Origin: a virus
UHGV virus genome: UHGV-1508137
Strand: one strand, 5' to 3'
Length of the DNA: 28,536 bases
This document shows positions 10,060-19,627 of the stretch, piece after piece. The notes under the pieces were generated by a model. It saw only the letters and a program-made list of their open reading frames with translations. It ran no database searches and was not told the DNA's origin. A program made the position numbers and the translations under genes. Position 1 is the stretch's first letter. Each line of letters starts with the position of its first letter.

Positions 10060-10124
10060 ATCCAATTAAACCACACCTATGGTGTATGCATTTATTTGCA
10101 TACATTCAATCAATTGTTATCTAA

Positions 10125-10165
10125 GGAAATACTTACATATGGTTCGTGCAAACAAACGCAACGAG
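10125..10165 (-). promoter_or_regulatory. pRE with CII binding repeats ttgcgtttgtttgc (minus strand) overlapping the cII start
   Basis: Reverse complement of 10148-10161 is TTGC-N6-TTGC; -10-like aagtat upstream of it on the minus strand. Confidence 0.65.
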
Positions 10166-10432
10166 GCACTACGAATCGAGAGTGCGTTGCTTAACAAAAT
10201 CGCAATGCTTGGAACTGAGAAGACAGCGGAAGCTGTGGGAGTTGATAAGTCGCAGATCAGCAGGTGGAAGAGAGACTGGATTCCCAAGTTCTCAATGCTG
10301 CTTGCTGTTCTTGAATGGGGGGTCGTTGACGACGACATGGCTCGATTGGCGCGACAAGTTGCTGCGATTCTCACCAATAAAAAACGCCCGGCGGCAACCG
10401 AGCGTTCTGAACAAATCCAGATGGAGTTCTGA
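10139..10432 (+). CDS. cII: CII transcriptional activator, 97 aa
   Basis: MVRANKRNEALRIESALLNKIAMLGTEKTAEAVGVDKSQISRWKRDWIPKFSMLLAVLEWGVVDDDMARLARQVAAILTNKKRPAATERSEQIQMEF matches lambda CII. Confidence 0.95.
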   Translation: MVRANKRNEALRIESALLNKIAMLGTEKTAEAVGVDKSQISRWKRDWIPKFSMLLAVLEWGVVDDDMARLARQVAAILTNKKRPAATERSEQIQMEF

Positions 10433-10454
10433 GGTCATTACTGGATCTATCAAC
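10376..10454 (-). ncRNA. oop: oop antisense RNA (about 77 nt) overlapping the cII 3' end, with pO promoter just upstream at about 10455-10490
   Basis: Minus strand reads guugauagauccaguaaugaccucagaacuccaucuggauuuguucagaacgcucgguugccgccgggcguuuuuuauu, the lambda oop sequence with its terminator. Confidence 0.85.
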
Positions 10455-10464
10455 AGGAGTCATT

Positions 10465-11364
10465 ATGACAAATACAGCAAAAATACTCAACTTCGGCAGA
10501 GGTAACTTTGCCGGACAGGAGCGTAATGTGGCAGATCTCGATGATGGTTACGCCAGACTATCAAATATGCTGCTTGAGGCTTATTCGGGCGCAGATCTGA
10601 CCAAGCGACAGTTTAAAGTGCTGCTTGCCATTCTGCGTAAAACCTATGGGTGGAATAAACCAATGGACAGAATCACCGATTCTCAACTTAGCGAGATTAC
10701 AAAGTTACCTGTCAAACGGTGCAATGAAGCCAAGTTAGAACTCGTCAGAATGAATATTATCAAGCAGCAAGGCGGCATGTTTGGACCAAATAAAAACATC
10801 TCAGAATGGTGCATCCCTCAAAACGAGGGAAAATCCCCTAAAACGAGGGATAAAACATCCCTCAAATTGGGGGATTGCTATCCCTCAAAACAGGGGGACA
10901 CAAAAGACACTATTACAAAAGAAAAAAGAAAAGATTATTCGTCAGAGAATTCTGGCGAATCCTCTGACCAGCCAGAAAACGACCTTTCTGTGGTGAAACC
11001 GGATGCTGCAATTCAGAGCGGCAGCAAGTGGGGGACAGCAGAAGACCTGACCGCCGCAGAGTGGATGTTTGACATGGTGAAGACTATCGCACCATCAGCC
11101 AGAAAACCGAATTTTGCTGGGTGGGCTAACGATATCCGCCTGATGCGTGAACGTGACGGACGTAACCACCGCGATATGTGTGTGCTGTTCCGCTGGGCAT
11201 GCCAGGACAACTTCTGGTCCGGTAACGTGCTGAGCCCGGCCAAACTCCGCGATAAGTGGACCCAACTCGAAATCAACCGTAACAAGCAACAGGCAGGCGT
11301 GACAGCCAGCAAACCAAAACTCGACCTGACAAACACAGACTGGATTTACGGGGTGGATCTATGA
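10465..11364 (+). CDS. O: replication initiator O, 299 aa
   Basis: MTNTAKILNFGRGNFAGQERNVADLDDGYARLSNMLLEAYSGADLTKRQFKVLLAILRKTYGWNKPMDRITD... matches lambda O. Confidence 0.97.
   Translation: MTNTAKILNFGRGNFAGQERNVADLDDGYARLSNMLLEAYSGADLTKRQFKVLLAILRKTYGWNKPMDRITDSQLSEITKLPVKRCNEAKLELVRMNIIKQQGGMFGPNKNISEWCIPQNEGKSPKTRDKTSLKLGDCYPSKQGDTKDTITKEKRKDYSSENSGESSDQPENDLSVVKPDAAIQSGSKWGTAEDLTAAEWMFDMVKTIAPSARKPNFAGWANDIRLMRERDGRNHRDMCVLFRWACQDNFWSGNVLSPAKLRDKWTQLEINRNKQQAGVTASKPKLDLTNTDWIYGVDL
10813..10940 (+). repeat. ori: ori-lambda: four iterons (tccctcaaaacgaggga-type) followed by an A/T-rich region, inside O
   Basis: Four tandem ~18-bp iterons read directly, then an A/T-rich stretch. Confidence 0.85.
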
Positions 11365-12062
11365 AAAACATCGCCGCACAGATGGTTAACTTTGACCGTG
11401 AGCAGATGCGTCGGATCGCCAACAACATGCCGGAACAGTACGACGAAAAGCCGCAGGTACAGCAGGTAGCGCAGATCATCAACGGTGTGTTCAGCCAGTT
11501 ACTGGCAACTTTCCCGGCGAGCCTGGCTAACCGTGACCAGAACGAAGTGAACGAAATCCGTCGCCAGTGGGTTCTGGCTTTTCGGGAAAACGGGATCACC
11601 ACGATGGAACAGGTTAACGCAGGAATGCGCGTAGCCCGTCGGCAGAATCGACCATTTCTGCCATCACCCGGGCAGTTTGTTGCATGGTGCCGGGAAGAAG
11701 CATCCGTTACCGCCGGACTGCCAAACGTCAGCGAGCTGGTTGATATGGTTTACGAGTATTGCCGGAAGCGAGGCCTGTATCCGGATGCGGAGTCTTATCC
11801 GTGGAAATCAAACGCGCACTACTGGCTGATTACCAACCTGTATCAGAACATGCGGGCCAATGCGCTTACTGATGCGGAATTACGCCGTAAGGCCGCAGAT
11901 GAGCTTGTCCATATGACTGCGAGAATTAACCGTGGTGAGGCGATCCCTGAACCAGTAAAACAACTTCCTGTCATGGGCGGTAGACCTCTAAATCGTGCAC
12001 AGGCTCTGGCGAAGATCGCAGAAATCAAAGCTAAGTTCGGACTGAAAGGAGCAAGTGTATGA
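11361..12062 (+). CDS. P: replication protein P (DnaB helicase loader), 233 aa
   Basis: MKNIAAQMVNFDREQMRRIANNMPEQYDEKPQVQQVAQIINGVFSQLLATFPASLANRDQNEVNEIRRQWVLAF... matches lambda P. Confidence 0.97.
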   Translation: MKNIAAQMVNFDREQMRRIANNMPEQYDEKPQVQQVAQIINGVFSQLLATFPASLANRDQNEVNEIRRQWVLAFRENGITTMEQVNAGMRVARRQNRPFLPSPGQFVAWCREEASVTAGLPNVSELVDMVYEYCRKRGLYPDAESYPWKSNAHYWLITNLYQNMRANALTDAELRRKAADELVHMTARINRGEAIPEPVKQLPVMGGRPLNRAQALAKIAEIKAKFGLKGASV

Positions 12063-12349
12063 CGGGCAAAGAGGCAATTATTCATTACCTGGGGACGCAT
12101 AATAGCTTCTGTGCGCCGGACGTTGCCGCGCTAACAGGCGCAACAGTAACCAGCATAAATCAGGCCGCGGCTAAAATGGCACGGGCAGGTCTTCTGGTTA
12201 TCGAAGGTAAGGTCTGGCGAACGGTGTATTACCGGTTTGCTACCAGGGAAGAACGGGAAGGAAAGATGAGCACGAACCTGATTTTTAAGGAGTGTCGCCA
12301 GAGTGCCGCGATGAAACGGGTATTGGCAGTATATGGAGTTAAAAGATGA
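12059..12349 (+). CDS. ren: Ren, 96 aa
   Basis: MTGKEAIIHYLGTHNSFCAPDVAALTGATVTSINQAAAKMARAGLLVIEGKVWRTVYYRF... matches lambda Ren; ATGA overlap with P. Confidence 0.9.
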   Translation: MTGKEAIIHYLGTHNSFCAPDVAALTGATVTSINQAAAKMARAGLLVIEGKVWRTVYYRFATREEREGKMSTNLIFKECRQSAAMKRVLAVYGVKR

Positions 12350-12374
12350 CCATCTACATCACTGAGCTAATAAC

Positions 12375-12407
12375 AGGCCTGCTGGTAATCGCAGGCCTTT
12401 TTATTTG
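12375..12407 (+). terminator. tR2 intrinsic terminator (8-bp stem aggcctgc/gcaggcct then ttttattt)
   Basis: Hairpin and U-tract read directly between ren and ninB. Confidence 0.8.
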
Positions 12408-12422
12408 GGGGAGAGGGAAGTC

Positions 12423-12863
12423 ATGAAAAAACTAACCTTTGAAATTCGATCTCCAGCACATCAGCAAAACGCTATTCACGCGGTACAGCAAATTCTTCCA
12501 GACCCAACCAAACCAATCGTAGTAACCATTCAGGAACGCAACCGCAGCTTAGACCAGAATCGAAAGCTTTGGGCTTGCCTTGGTGACGTCTCTCGTCAGG
12601 TTGAATGGCATGGTCGCTGGCTGGATGCAGAAAGCTGGAAGTGTGTGTTTACCGCAGCATTAAAGCAGCAGGATGTTGTTCCTAACCTTGCCGGGAATGG
12701 CTTTGTGGTAATAGGCCAGTCAACCAGCAGGATGCGTGTAAACGAATTTGCGGAGCTATTAGAGCTTATACAGGCATTCGGTACAGAGCGTGGCGTTAAG
12801 TGGTCAGACGAAGCGCGACTGGCTCTCGAATGGAAAGCGCGATGGGGAGATCGGGCTGCATGA
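12423..12863 (+). CDS. ninB: NinB (Orf-family recombination mediator), 146 aa
   Basis: MKKLTFEIRSPAHQQNAIHAVQQILPDPTKPIVVTIQERNRSLDQNRKLWACLGDVSRQVEWHGRW... matches lambda NinB. Confidence 0.9.
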   Translation: MKKLTFEIRSPAHQQNAIHAVQQILPDPTKPIVVTIQERNRSLDQNRKLWACLGDVSRQVEWHGRWLDAESWKCVFTAALKQQDVVPNLAGNGFVVIGQSTSRMRVNEFAELLELIQAFGTERGVKWSDEARLALEWKARWGDRAA

Positions 12864-13387
12864 CTATCAAATCAAATACGCCAGCACACGACAAGGACTG
12901 CTGGCAAACGCCGCTTTGGCTTTTTGATGCACTGGATATTGAGTTTGGATTCTGGCTGGATTCGGCAGCGAGCGACAAAAATGCTCTGTGTGCTCACTGG
13001 CTAACTGAGGCCGACGACGCGCTCAATTCTGAGTGGGTAAGCCACGGTGCAATCTGGAATAACCCACCGTACAGCAATATCAGGCCGTGGGTGGAAAAAG
13101 CCGCTGAGCAGTGCATACAACAGCGACAGACGGTAGTTATGCTTGTGCCAGAGGATATGTCAGTCGGATGGTTCAGCAAGGCTCTGGAGAGTGTCGACGA
13201 AGTTCGCATTATCACTGATGGACGGATTAATTTTATCGAACCATCGACAGGGTTGGAGAAGAAGGGAAACAGCAAAGGCTCCATGCTGCTGATTTGGCGA
13301 CCGTTCATCAGTCCTCGACGGATGTTTACTACCGTATCCAAAGCGGCATTGATGGCGATCGGGCAGGGCGTCAGGAGGGCGGCATGA
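12860..13387 (+). CDS. phage-type DNA N6-adenine methyltransferase (Dam-like, orphan), 175 aa
   Basis: NPPY catalytic motif ([11 protein letters not shown]) and [13 protein letters not shown]-terminal motif; ATGA coupling to ninB; occupies the position of lambda ninC/ninD. Confidence 0.8.
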   Translation: MTIKSNTPAHDKDCWQTPLWLFDALDIEFGFWLDSAASDKNALCAHWLTEADDALNSEWVSHGAIWNNPPYSNIRPWVEKAAEQCIQQRQTVVMLVPEDMSVGWFSKALESVDEVRIITDGRINFIEPSTGLEKKGNSKGSMLLIWRPFISPRRMFTTVSKAALMAIGQGVRRAA

Positions 13388-13560
13388 GGCGACAGCGACG
13401 AAGTTTCACCGAAATCATCTGCGAAAACTGCAAATACCTTCCAACGAAACGCTCCAGAAATAAACGCAAGCCAATCCCAAAAGAATCTGACGTAAAAACC
13501 TTCAATTACACAGCTCACCTGTGGGATATCCGGTGGCTAAGATATCGTGCGAGGAAATGA
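13384..13560 (+). CDS. ninE: NinE, 58 aa
   Basis: [58 protein letters not shown]; ATGA coupling to the methyltransferase gene. Confidence 0.8.
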   Translation: MRRQRRSFTEIICENCKYLPTKRSRNKRKPIPKESDVKTFNYTAHLWDIRWLRYRARK

Positions 13561-13904
13561 CAATGGATTATTCACAGTTAAGTGATTTTGAAATTAACAG
13601 AATGGTAGGAGACATAATTTTTAAAGGCCTTTGGGCAAGTAAACCGGAAACATCAGGGAATAACACCAACAAATGGTATTACGGAAATGCTGATACAACT
13701 TTTGAGCCATTAAATCATTTGCCTGACTACTGCAATGATCCGAGCGCTTCATGGCCGATTATTGAGAAATACAGGATTTCTATCTTAGACCAGTTAACTG
13801 AATGGTGTGTGGATGCAAAAGGCGTAAGCCCAATATTTGATACCAGACCTCTCCGCGCCGCCATGATTGTCTTTCTCCTGATGCAGGAGGCCAATAATGC
13901 TTAG
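13557..13904 (+). CDS. hypothetical nin-region protein, 115 aa
   Basis: Translationally coupled ORF (ATGA with ninE); AT-rich; no motif recognised. Confidence 0.6.
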   Translation: MTMDYSQLSDFEINRMVGDIIFKGLWASKPETSGNNTNKWYYGNADTTFEPLNHLPDYCNDPSASWPIIEKYRISILDQLTEWCVDAKGVSPIFDTRPLRAAMIVFLLMQEANNA

Positions 13905-14091
13905 CCCATCTCAATCCCTTCAATACCTGAAAGGAAGCATAGAGCGGGCTTCAATGTGCACAGAGTGGATTCTATCTAGGTTTAGCGCATACAGAAGATT
14001 GCCGGTAAAGGGCATGCCAAGCAAGTCGATGCTGCATATGCAAAAGAATGCGCGCTGGAAGGTATGGCGAGAACACAGGTTATCTGGCTGA
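13897..14091 (+). CDS. NinF-like small protein, 64 aa (N-terminal 10 residues [10 protein letters not shown] as lambda NinF, remainder divergent)
   Basis: Open frame with ATG at 13897 overlapping the upstream stop by 8 nt; identity to lambda NinF limited to the first ~10 codons as I recall NinF. Confidence 0.5.
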   Translation: MLSPSQSLQYLKGSIERASMCTEWILSRFSAYRRLPVKGMPSKSMLHMQKNARWKVWREHRLSG

Positions 14092-14110
14092 AAGAGGGGG
14101 TTATTAAGGC

Positions 14111-14473
14111 GTGAATACCTACAGCATCACATTACCCTGGCCTCCGAGCAATAATCGCTATTACCGCCATAATCGCGGGCGCACGCACGTCAGCGCAGAG
14201 GGGCAGGCATACCGCGATAACGTCGCCCGAATCATTAAAAACGCAATGCTGGATATCGGCCTGGCTATGCCTGTGAAAATCCGCATTGAGTGCCACATGC
14301 CGGATCGCCGTCGCCGTGACCTGGATAATCTGCAAAAAGCCGCTTTTGACGCACTCACTAAAGCAGGTTTCTGGCTGGATGATGCTCAGGTCGTTGATTA
14401 CCGCGTTGTGAAGATGCCTGTTACCAAAGGTGGGAGGCTGGAACTGACCATCACCGAAATGGGGAATGAATGA
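14111..14473 (+). CDS. rusA: RusA Holliday-junction resolvase, 120 aa (GTG start)
   Basis: [100 protein letters not shown]... matches E. coli DLP12 RusA. Confidence 0.92.
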   Translation: MNTYSITLPWPPSNNRYYRHNRGRTHVSAEGQAYRDNVARIIKNAMLDIGLAMPVKIRIECHMPDRRRRDLDNLQKAAFDALTKAGFWLDDAQVVDYRVVKMPVTKGGRLELTITEMGNE

Positions 14474-14610
14474 TGTTTGAGTTTAATATGGCAGAACGTC
14501 TTCGCCACCGCTGGGGGCGTCTGCGCTTATATCGTTTCCCCGGTTCTGTTTTGACCGATTACCGAATACTGAAGAATTACGCCAAAACCCTGACAGGAGC
14601 AGGAGTATGA
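14470..14610 (+). CDS. ylcG: YlcG-like small protein, 46 aa
   Basis: Hand translation [46 protein letters not shown]; ATGA coupled to rusA, as in DLP12. Confidence 0.7.
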   Translation: MMFEFNMAERLRHRWGRLRLYRFPGSVLTDYRILKNYAKTLTGAGV

Positions 14611-14695
14611 AGTCAGAGATAACAATCAACTAATACTGTTTCGTTGATTTTTGCTTGTAATTGGCGTTCTGGTCTGATTTTTGTGGAGTAAGTTG

Positions 14696-15079
14696 ATGCG
14701 TGATATTCAGATGGTTCTTGAGCGTTGGGGAGCGTGGGCGGCTAATAATCATGAAGATGTGACCTGGTCGTCCATTGCCGCCGGTTTTAAGGGATTAATT
14801 ACTTCAAAAGTAAAATCTCGCCCGCAATGTTGTGACGATGACGCGATGATCATTTGCGGGTGCATGGCCCGTCTGAAAAAGAACAACAGCGATTTGCACG
14901 ATTTATTAGTAGATTATTATGTAGTCGGTATGACATTCATGTCACTGGCAGGTAAGCATTGCTGCTCTGATGGTTATATCGGGAAAAGGTTACAGAAGGC
15001 TGAGGGCATAATTGAAGGGATGTTAATGGCATTAGATATCCGGTTAGAGATGGATATCGTTGTTAATAACTCTAATTAA
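14696..15079 (+). CDS. Q: late antiterminator Q, phage 82 / DLP12 QuuD type, 127 aa
   Basis: [71 protein letters not shown]... ; Cys-rich zinc-binding region; unlike lambda Q. Confidence 0.85.
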   Translation: MRDIQMVLERWGAWAANNHEDVTWSSIAAGFKGLITSKVKSRPQCCDDDAMIICGCMARLKKNNSDLHDLLVDYYVVGMTFMSLAGKHCCSDGYIGKRLQKAEGIIEGMLMALDIRLEMDIVVNNSN

Positions 15080-15099
15080 TACGCCAATTATTTACTAAA

Positions 15100-15258
15100 A
15101 GTTATTAAAAATGGGGCGTTGAAACGCCCCCAAAAATAAAGGGTAATATATAACAGAAGGTTTGTATAGTTAGAAGCAAGGTTGTGCTTCTAAAGGAAGT
15201 GGCTTGAGGGAGCCACTTATATGTTGGGGAGGCAAAGCCTCCCACAACATATCTTTTA
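15100..15258. terminator. cluster of four stable hairpins (15114-15132, 15173-15192, 15200-15217, 15222-15251): 3' structures/terminator of the minus-strand porin gene and probable pR'/tR' region of Q
   Basis: Inverted repeats read directly; hairpin 1 has a U-tract on the minus strand; hairpin 4 is followed by tcttttag on the plus strand. Confidence 0.5.
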
Positions 15259-15267
15259 GTAATCAAA

Positions 15268-16350
15268 TTAGAACTGGTAAACCATACCTACAGCAACGAT
15301 ATCATCGGTAGCAACGCCAGATGCTTTCGTGAAATCGCTCTTATCAATCAGGTTGATTTTGTAGTCAACAAAAGTGGACATATTTTTGTTGAAGTAATAG
15401 GTTGCACCTACATCAACATATTCAACCAGGTCCTGATCACCCCAAACACCCAAGTCTTTTCCTTTAGAATGCAGGTAAGCAACGGATGGACGCAGGCCGA
15501 AGTCGAACTGATATTGTGCAACAGCTTCGAAGTTTTGTGCTTTGTTGGCAATATGGTTATTACCAAAAACAGTCATGTTCTGGGTTTCAGAATAGGTGGT
15601 GGCCAGATAGATGTTGTTCGCATCATATTTCAGACCAGCTGCCCATACTTCAGCATTTTGACCAGAAGCATTCAGACCGTTGTTACCGTAGATAACCTGA
15701 TTATTAGTGCGATCAGATTTAGCATAGGTTGCACCCACGCCGAATCCTTCATACTCATAAGTAGTTGAGAAACCGAAACCATCGCCATTAGCTTCAGTTA
15801 CTTCATTTCGGTCATTTTTGCCCTGATACTGAGCTGCAAAGTTCAGGCCATCAACCAGACCAAAGAAGTCGTTGTTACGATAAGTTGCAACACCTGTGGT
15901 GCGACCAGTCATGAATACATCTGTTTGGGTCCAGGTATCGCCACCGAATTCTGGCAGAACGTCAGTCCACGCACCGATGTCGTATGCTACACCGTAGTTA
16001 CGGCCGTAATCGATTGAGCCGTAGTCACCGAATTTCAGGCCTGCAAATGCAAGACGGGTTTTGTCTTTGGAGGAACCTTGAGATTCAGCGCGGTTGCCTT
16101 TGAATTCATATTCCCACTGACCGAAACCAGTCAGTTGATCGTTGATTTGGGTTTCACCTTTGAAGCCAAGACGGGCATAAGTAGTATCACCATCATCTGC
16201 ATCATTAGAGGAGAAGTAGTGCTTAGCATTAACTTTCCCGTACAGATCCAGCTTGTTACTGTCTTTATTATAAATTTCAGCTGCCTGAGCAGACATCGCC
16301 ATCAGTACTGATGCAGCTACAGCAGAAATTGCCACTGTTAATTTTTTCAT
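15268..16350 (-). CDS. nmpC: general outer-membrane porin (OmpC/OmpF/NmpC/Lc family), 360 aa with signal peptide
   Basis: [23 protein letters not shown] signal peptide, C-terminal ...VGMVYQF beta-barrel terminal Phe; synteny with DLP12 quuD-nmpC-essD. Symbol assigned by synteny only. Confidence 0.85.
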   Translation of the reverse strand: MKKLTVAISAVAASVLMAMSAQAAEIYNKDSNKLDLYGKVNAKHYFSSNDADDGDTTYARLGFKGETQINDQLTGFGQWEYEFKGNRAESQGSSKDKTRLAFAGLKFGDYGSIDYGRNYGVAYDIGAWTDVLPEFGGDTWTQTDVFMTGRTTGVATYRNNDFFGLVDGLNFAAQYQGKNDRNEVTEANGDGFGFSTTYEYEGFGVGATYAKSDRTNNQVIYGNNGLNASGQNAEVWAAGLKYDANNIYLATTYSETQNMTVFGNNHIANKAQNFEAVAQYQFDFGLRPSVAYLHSKGKDLGVWGDQDLVEYVDVGATYYFNKNMSTFVDYKINLIDKSDFTKASGVATDDIVAVGMVYQF

Positions 16351-16938
16351 CGTGAGCCCTTTTTTTTGAACTATTATTAAAAAATGATGTCACTGCGCGA
16401 TAAATATTCATCTAATCAATGTGATTATTTCAAGATGTAAGTTTTAGTTTCTCATTTAATTTGTGAAGTAGATCTCTATTTTTATCTGAACTTTTTCTAT
16501 CGAAACCTATTTATGGCTCTTATTTGAACAAAAATAAACCTATTAGCTAATTTATATTAATGGCTGTTATTTATGGTGGTTCTATAATTCGGCAGTTTAA
16601 TTTAAATCAACTAAAAATAACCTCTGAAATTATTTATTGGTTATTTGTTGAGGTTTTCTTATGTATTTGTGGTGGTGTTTTGAACACTCGGTAGCATTCT
16701 CATAAATATCATTCAGTGGTTTACGTACGTAAAAAATTGGTTATGCTGTTAAGAGTGGTTACTTCGTCACACAGCTTAAACCCGCCGTCGAGCTGGTTTT
16801 TCCATTTTTTGAGTCTCGATATTAGCTGATAACTCAATACCTGAGTTATTCACTGACTCCGAGTCTGTTACGTTTCTGCTTTTTTGCGATACGTTGTATT
16901 CCCTCAATTTACACCCGCTTTGTCTGCGAGGTGGGGTT

Positions 16939-17154
16939 ATGAAATCCATGGATAAGTTAACAACGGGTGTCGCCTATGGCACCTCAGCAGGTAGTGCCGG
17001 TTACTGGTTTTTACAGCTGCTCGATAAAGTCACGCCCTCACAGTGGGCAGCAATAGGTGTGCTGGGTAGCCTGGTATTTGGCCTGCTGACGTACCTGACA
17101 AACCTTTATTTCAAGATTAAAGAAGATAAGCGCAAGGCTGCGAGAGGTGAATAA
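16939..17154 (+). CDS. S: holin, phage 21 S-type pinholin (dual start MKSM), 71 aa
   Basis: [71 protein letters not shown] resembles S21 pinholin / DLP12 EssD. Confidence 0.9.
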
Positions 17155-17651
17155 TGCCTCCATCATTACGAAAAGCCGTTGCTGCTGCTATTGGTGGCGG
17201 AGCAATTGCTATAGCATCAGTGTTAATTACTGGCCCAAGTGGTAACGATGGTCTGGAAGGTGTCAGCTACATACCATACAAAGATATTGTTGGTGTATGG
17301 ACTGTATGTCACGGGCATACAGGAAAAGACATCATGCTCGGTAAAACGTATACCAAAGCAGAATGCAAAGCCCTCCTGAATAAAGACCTTGCCACGGTCG
17401 CCAGACAAATTAACCCGTACATCAAAGTCGATATACCGGAAACAATGCGCGGCGCTCTTTACTCATTCGTTTACAACGTGGGTGCTGGCAATTTCAGAAC
17501 ATCGACGCTTCTTCGCAAAATAAACCAGGGCGATATCAAAGGCGCATGTGATCAGCTACGTCGCTGGACATATGCTGGCGGTAAGCAATGGAAAGGTCTC
17601 ATGACTCGTCGTGAGATTGAGCGTGAAATCTGTTTGTGGGGTCAGCAATGA
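17154..17651 (+). CDS. R: SAR endolysin (T4-lysozyme-like muramidase, phage 21 R type), 165 aa
   Basis: N-terminal signal-anchor-release segment [18 protein letters not shown]; E...D...T catalytic spacing ([17 protein letters not shown]); TAATG overlap with holin. Confidence 0.9.
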   Translation: MPPSLRKAVAAAIGGGAIAIASVLITGPSGNDGLEGVSYIPYKDIVGVWTVCHGHTGKDIMLGKTYTKAECKALLNKDLATVARQINPYIKVDIPETMRGALYSFVYNVGAGNFRTSTLLRKINQGDIKGACDQLRRWTYAGGKQWKGLMTRREIEREICLWGQQ

Positions 17652-18085
17652 ACAGAGTAACCGCGATTATCTCCGCTCTGGTTATCTGCATCATCGTCTG
17701 CCTGTCATGGGCTGTTAATCATTACCGTGATAACGCCATGACCTACAAAGAACAGCGCGACAAAGCTACATCCATCATCGCTGACATGCAGAAGCGTCAA
17801 CGTGACGTAGCAGAACTCGATGCCAGATATACAAAGGAGCTTGCTGATGCTAACGCGACTATCGAAAGTCTCCGTGATGATGTTTCTGCTGGGCGTAAGC
17901 GGCTGCAAGTCGCCGCCTCCTGTGCAAAGTCAAAGACCGGAGCCAGCAGCATGGGCGATGGAGAAAGCCCAAGACTTACAGCAGATGCTGAACTCAATTA
18001 TTACCGTCTCCGAAGTGGAATCGACAGGATAACCGCGCAGGTTAACTACCTGCAGGAGTACATCAGGACGCAATGTCTGAAATAA
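17648..18085 (+). CDS. Rz: Rz i-spanin, 145 aa
   Basis: N-terminal TM helix [16 protein letters not shown] then coiled-coil periplasmic domain; ATGA overlap with R. Confidence 0.85.
   Translation: MNRVTAIISALVICIIVCLSWAVNHYRDNAMTYKEQRDKATSIIADMQKRQRDVAELDARYTKELADANATIESLRDDVSAGRKRLQVAASCAKSKTGASSMGDGESPRLTADAELNYYRLRSGIDRITAQVNYLQEYIRTQCLK
17847..18032 (+). CDS. Rz1: Rz1 o-spanin lipoprotein, 61 aa, embedded in the +1 frame of Rz
   Basis: Signal peptide with lipobox GVSGC, proline-rich mature region [12 protein letters not shown]; wholly inside Rz. Confidence 0.8.
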   Translation: MLTRLSKVSVMMFLLGVSGCKSPPPVQSQRPEPAAWAMEKAQDLQQMLNSIITVSEVESTG

Positions 18086-18116
18086 TTTTTTTGCAAATCA
18101 CAAAGTCCATTTAATG

Positions 18117-18174
18117 AGCCTCGCGATGCGGGGCTTTTTTGCAATAAATGCGTACCGCAACGCATGTTTTTTTT
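18117..18174 (+). terminator. two tandem intrinsic terminators after Rz (18117-18141 and 18148-18174)
   Basis: agcctcgcgatgcggggct + tttttt; atgcgt-accgca-acgcat + gtttttttt. Confidence 0.7.
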
Positions 18175-18289
18175 ACACCGAACCTGCCCCTTTGGAATGG
18201 GCCTTTGAGGATACCAGTTAGTGCTGGCGAGCCTCGGTGGGCTGGTTTCCTGTGCGGCAAAGGTTCATTTCAAATGGTAGGTAAACGTT

Positions 18290-18811
18290 ATGAATATCGT
18301 GCCACTTAATTACAAAGGTGAAATTGTCAGTTTCAACACTGATGGTTGGATCAACGTCACAGGTGTTGCTGAGAGATTTGGGAAACGCATTGATAACTGG
18401 ATGCGTTTGGCAGAAACGCTTGAATACGTTCGTGCTTTAGACGAAGCGTTGACCGGGAAAGAATCTCAAATTTTACATCCCTCACAATCGAGGTATGTAA
18501 AAACCAGCAAGGCACGAAAGGACAGGGGTGGTGGTACGTGGCTACATCCAAAACTTTCAGTTGCATTTGCCCGTTGGTGTGATGCTCGTTTTGCTGTGTG
18601 GTGCGACCTGCACATTGATAGTCTGCTTCGCGGTGAACTGACTGAGCAGCAGAAATATGAGCAAGCATGTCGCATTCGCGATGACCGGAAATCAAAAGCC
18701 AGCCATGGGGCAAGAGAGATGGCTCGCTGGCGATGGGATAAGCCGGTTATTGAAGCAAATGTTGAGTACTGGCGCGAGCAACTGCAGTTGACTCTCGATA
18801 TCGCGTGCTGA
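18290..18811 (+). CDS. KilA-N domain protein, 173 aa
   Basis: N-terminal region (FNTDGWINVTGVAERFGKRIDNWMRLAETLEYV) fits the KilA-N/APSES-like fold pattern; good RBS ggtaggtaaa. Confidence 0.7.
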   Translation: MNIVPLNYKGEIVSFNTDGWINVTGVAERFGKRIDNWMRLAETLEYVRALDEALTGKESQILHPSQSRYVKTSKARKDRGGGTWLHPKLSVAFARWCDARFAVWCDLHIDSLLRGELTEQQKYEQACRIRDDRKSKASHGAREMARWRWDKPVIEANVEYWREQLQLTLDIAC

Positions 18812-19160
18812 TGGCAAACGCAAAACTGCGTTATCGAAAAAATCAAAGCATTACTAGAACTGAGCAACGGCTATCCATTACAAAGCCCATCTACGGGTGG
18901 GCTTGATAATGGCTTATACCCTGCACGGGATAACTTAACTGATATCCCTTTTAACGGATAAAGGCATTCAAGCCTGACACATCATGCGCTGTATCGTCGC
19001 CGTATTCCCGTATTAACAGAGACCGTAGCCCGACGGGGAACTCCTTCTGCGCGAGTGTGCGGGAATAATCAAAAACGATGCACACCGGGGTTACCGGGTA
19101 CACATATTTCATCATGCCAGCGAGTCCGGTTCTGGCACGGAAGAAACCGGACGTTATGAT

Positions 19161-19571
19161 TTAGTGCGGAAATATTTGTGTAGTGTTCTGAATGTTCTCA
19201 GTAAAGAGTAATGAATTATCAAAGGTATAGTAATACCTTTTGTTTTCGTGGATATTTGTAATCCATCTGAAAACCCCTGCTGTAGCAAGATTTTTCCTGT
19301 ATTCGTAAAATGATAACTCTCCTGATTTGAATCCTTTTAAGGTGGCTTCTATAAGGCATTTATTTTTTGAAAATCTTACATTTACAACCTTACCCTGTCC
19401 TTTTATTAAAACCGTATTATCGTTTTCAAGAACAAGATGAATATTCTCTGTAGCTAAATAGTAAATGTAATGTGAGACATTGTGACGTTTTAGTTCAGAA
19501 TAAAACCAGTGATAGTTTAAATTATTTCGCACTTTATCGAATATTTGTTTAAAAATGGCAACCTGAGCCAT
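19161..19571 (-). CDS. hypothetical protein, 136 aa from Met-6 (141 from first ATG); resembles DLP12 YbcV (DUF1398) by size and context
   Basis: AT-rich ORF; GGAAGG RBS precedes the second ATG; family assignment from memory only. Confidence 0.6.
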   Translation of the reverse strand: MAQVAIFKQIFDKVRNNLNYHWFYSELKRHNVSHYIYYLATENIHLVLENDNTVLIKGQGKVVNVRFSKNKCLIEATLKGFKSGELSFYEYRKNLATAGVFRWITNIHENKRYYYTFDNSLLFTENIQNTTQIFPH

Positions 19572-19627
19572 TGTAGTACCTTCCATGTGATATGAGGGGC
19601 GTAGTCTGCACGATTATCTAAATTGCT

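Noticed and set aside
10079-10505. Extended cII frame (117 codons) and overlapping 119-codon alternative frame
   Set aside because: True cII start is the MVRANKRNEALR Met at 10139; the other frame runs through the oop/pO region and is spurious.
10813-10900. Tandem repeats as a possible CRISPR array
   Set aside because: These are the four ori-lambda iterons inside O; no spacers or cas genes.
15268-16350. IS element disrupting the porin gene, as in K-12 DLP12 nmpC
   Set aside because: The ORF is continuous with signal peptide and C-terminal Phe; no transposase or inverted repeats seen.
14696-16939. Toxin (stx-like) cargo between Q and the holin
   Set aside because: The only gene there is a porin; no A/B toxin subunit ORFs.
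18811-18906. 31-codon ORF whose ATG overlaps the KilA-N stop (TGATG)
   Set aside because: Too short and featureless to call; coupling motif could be coincidental.
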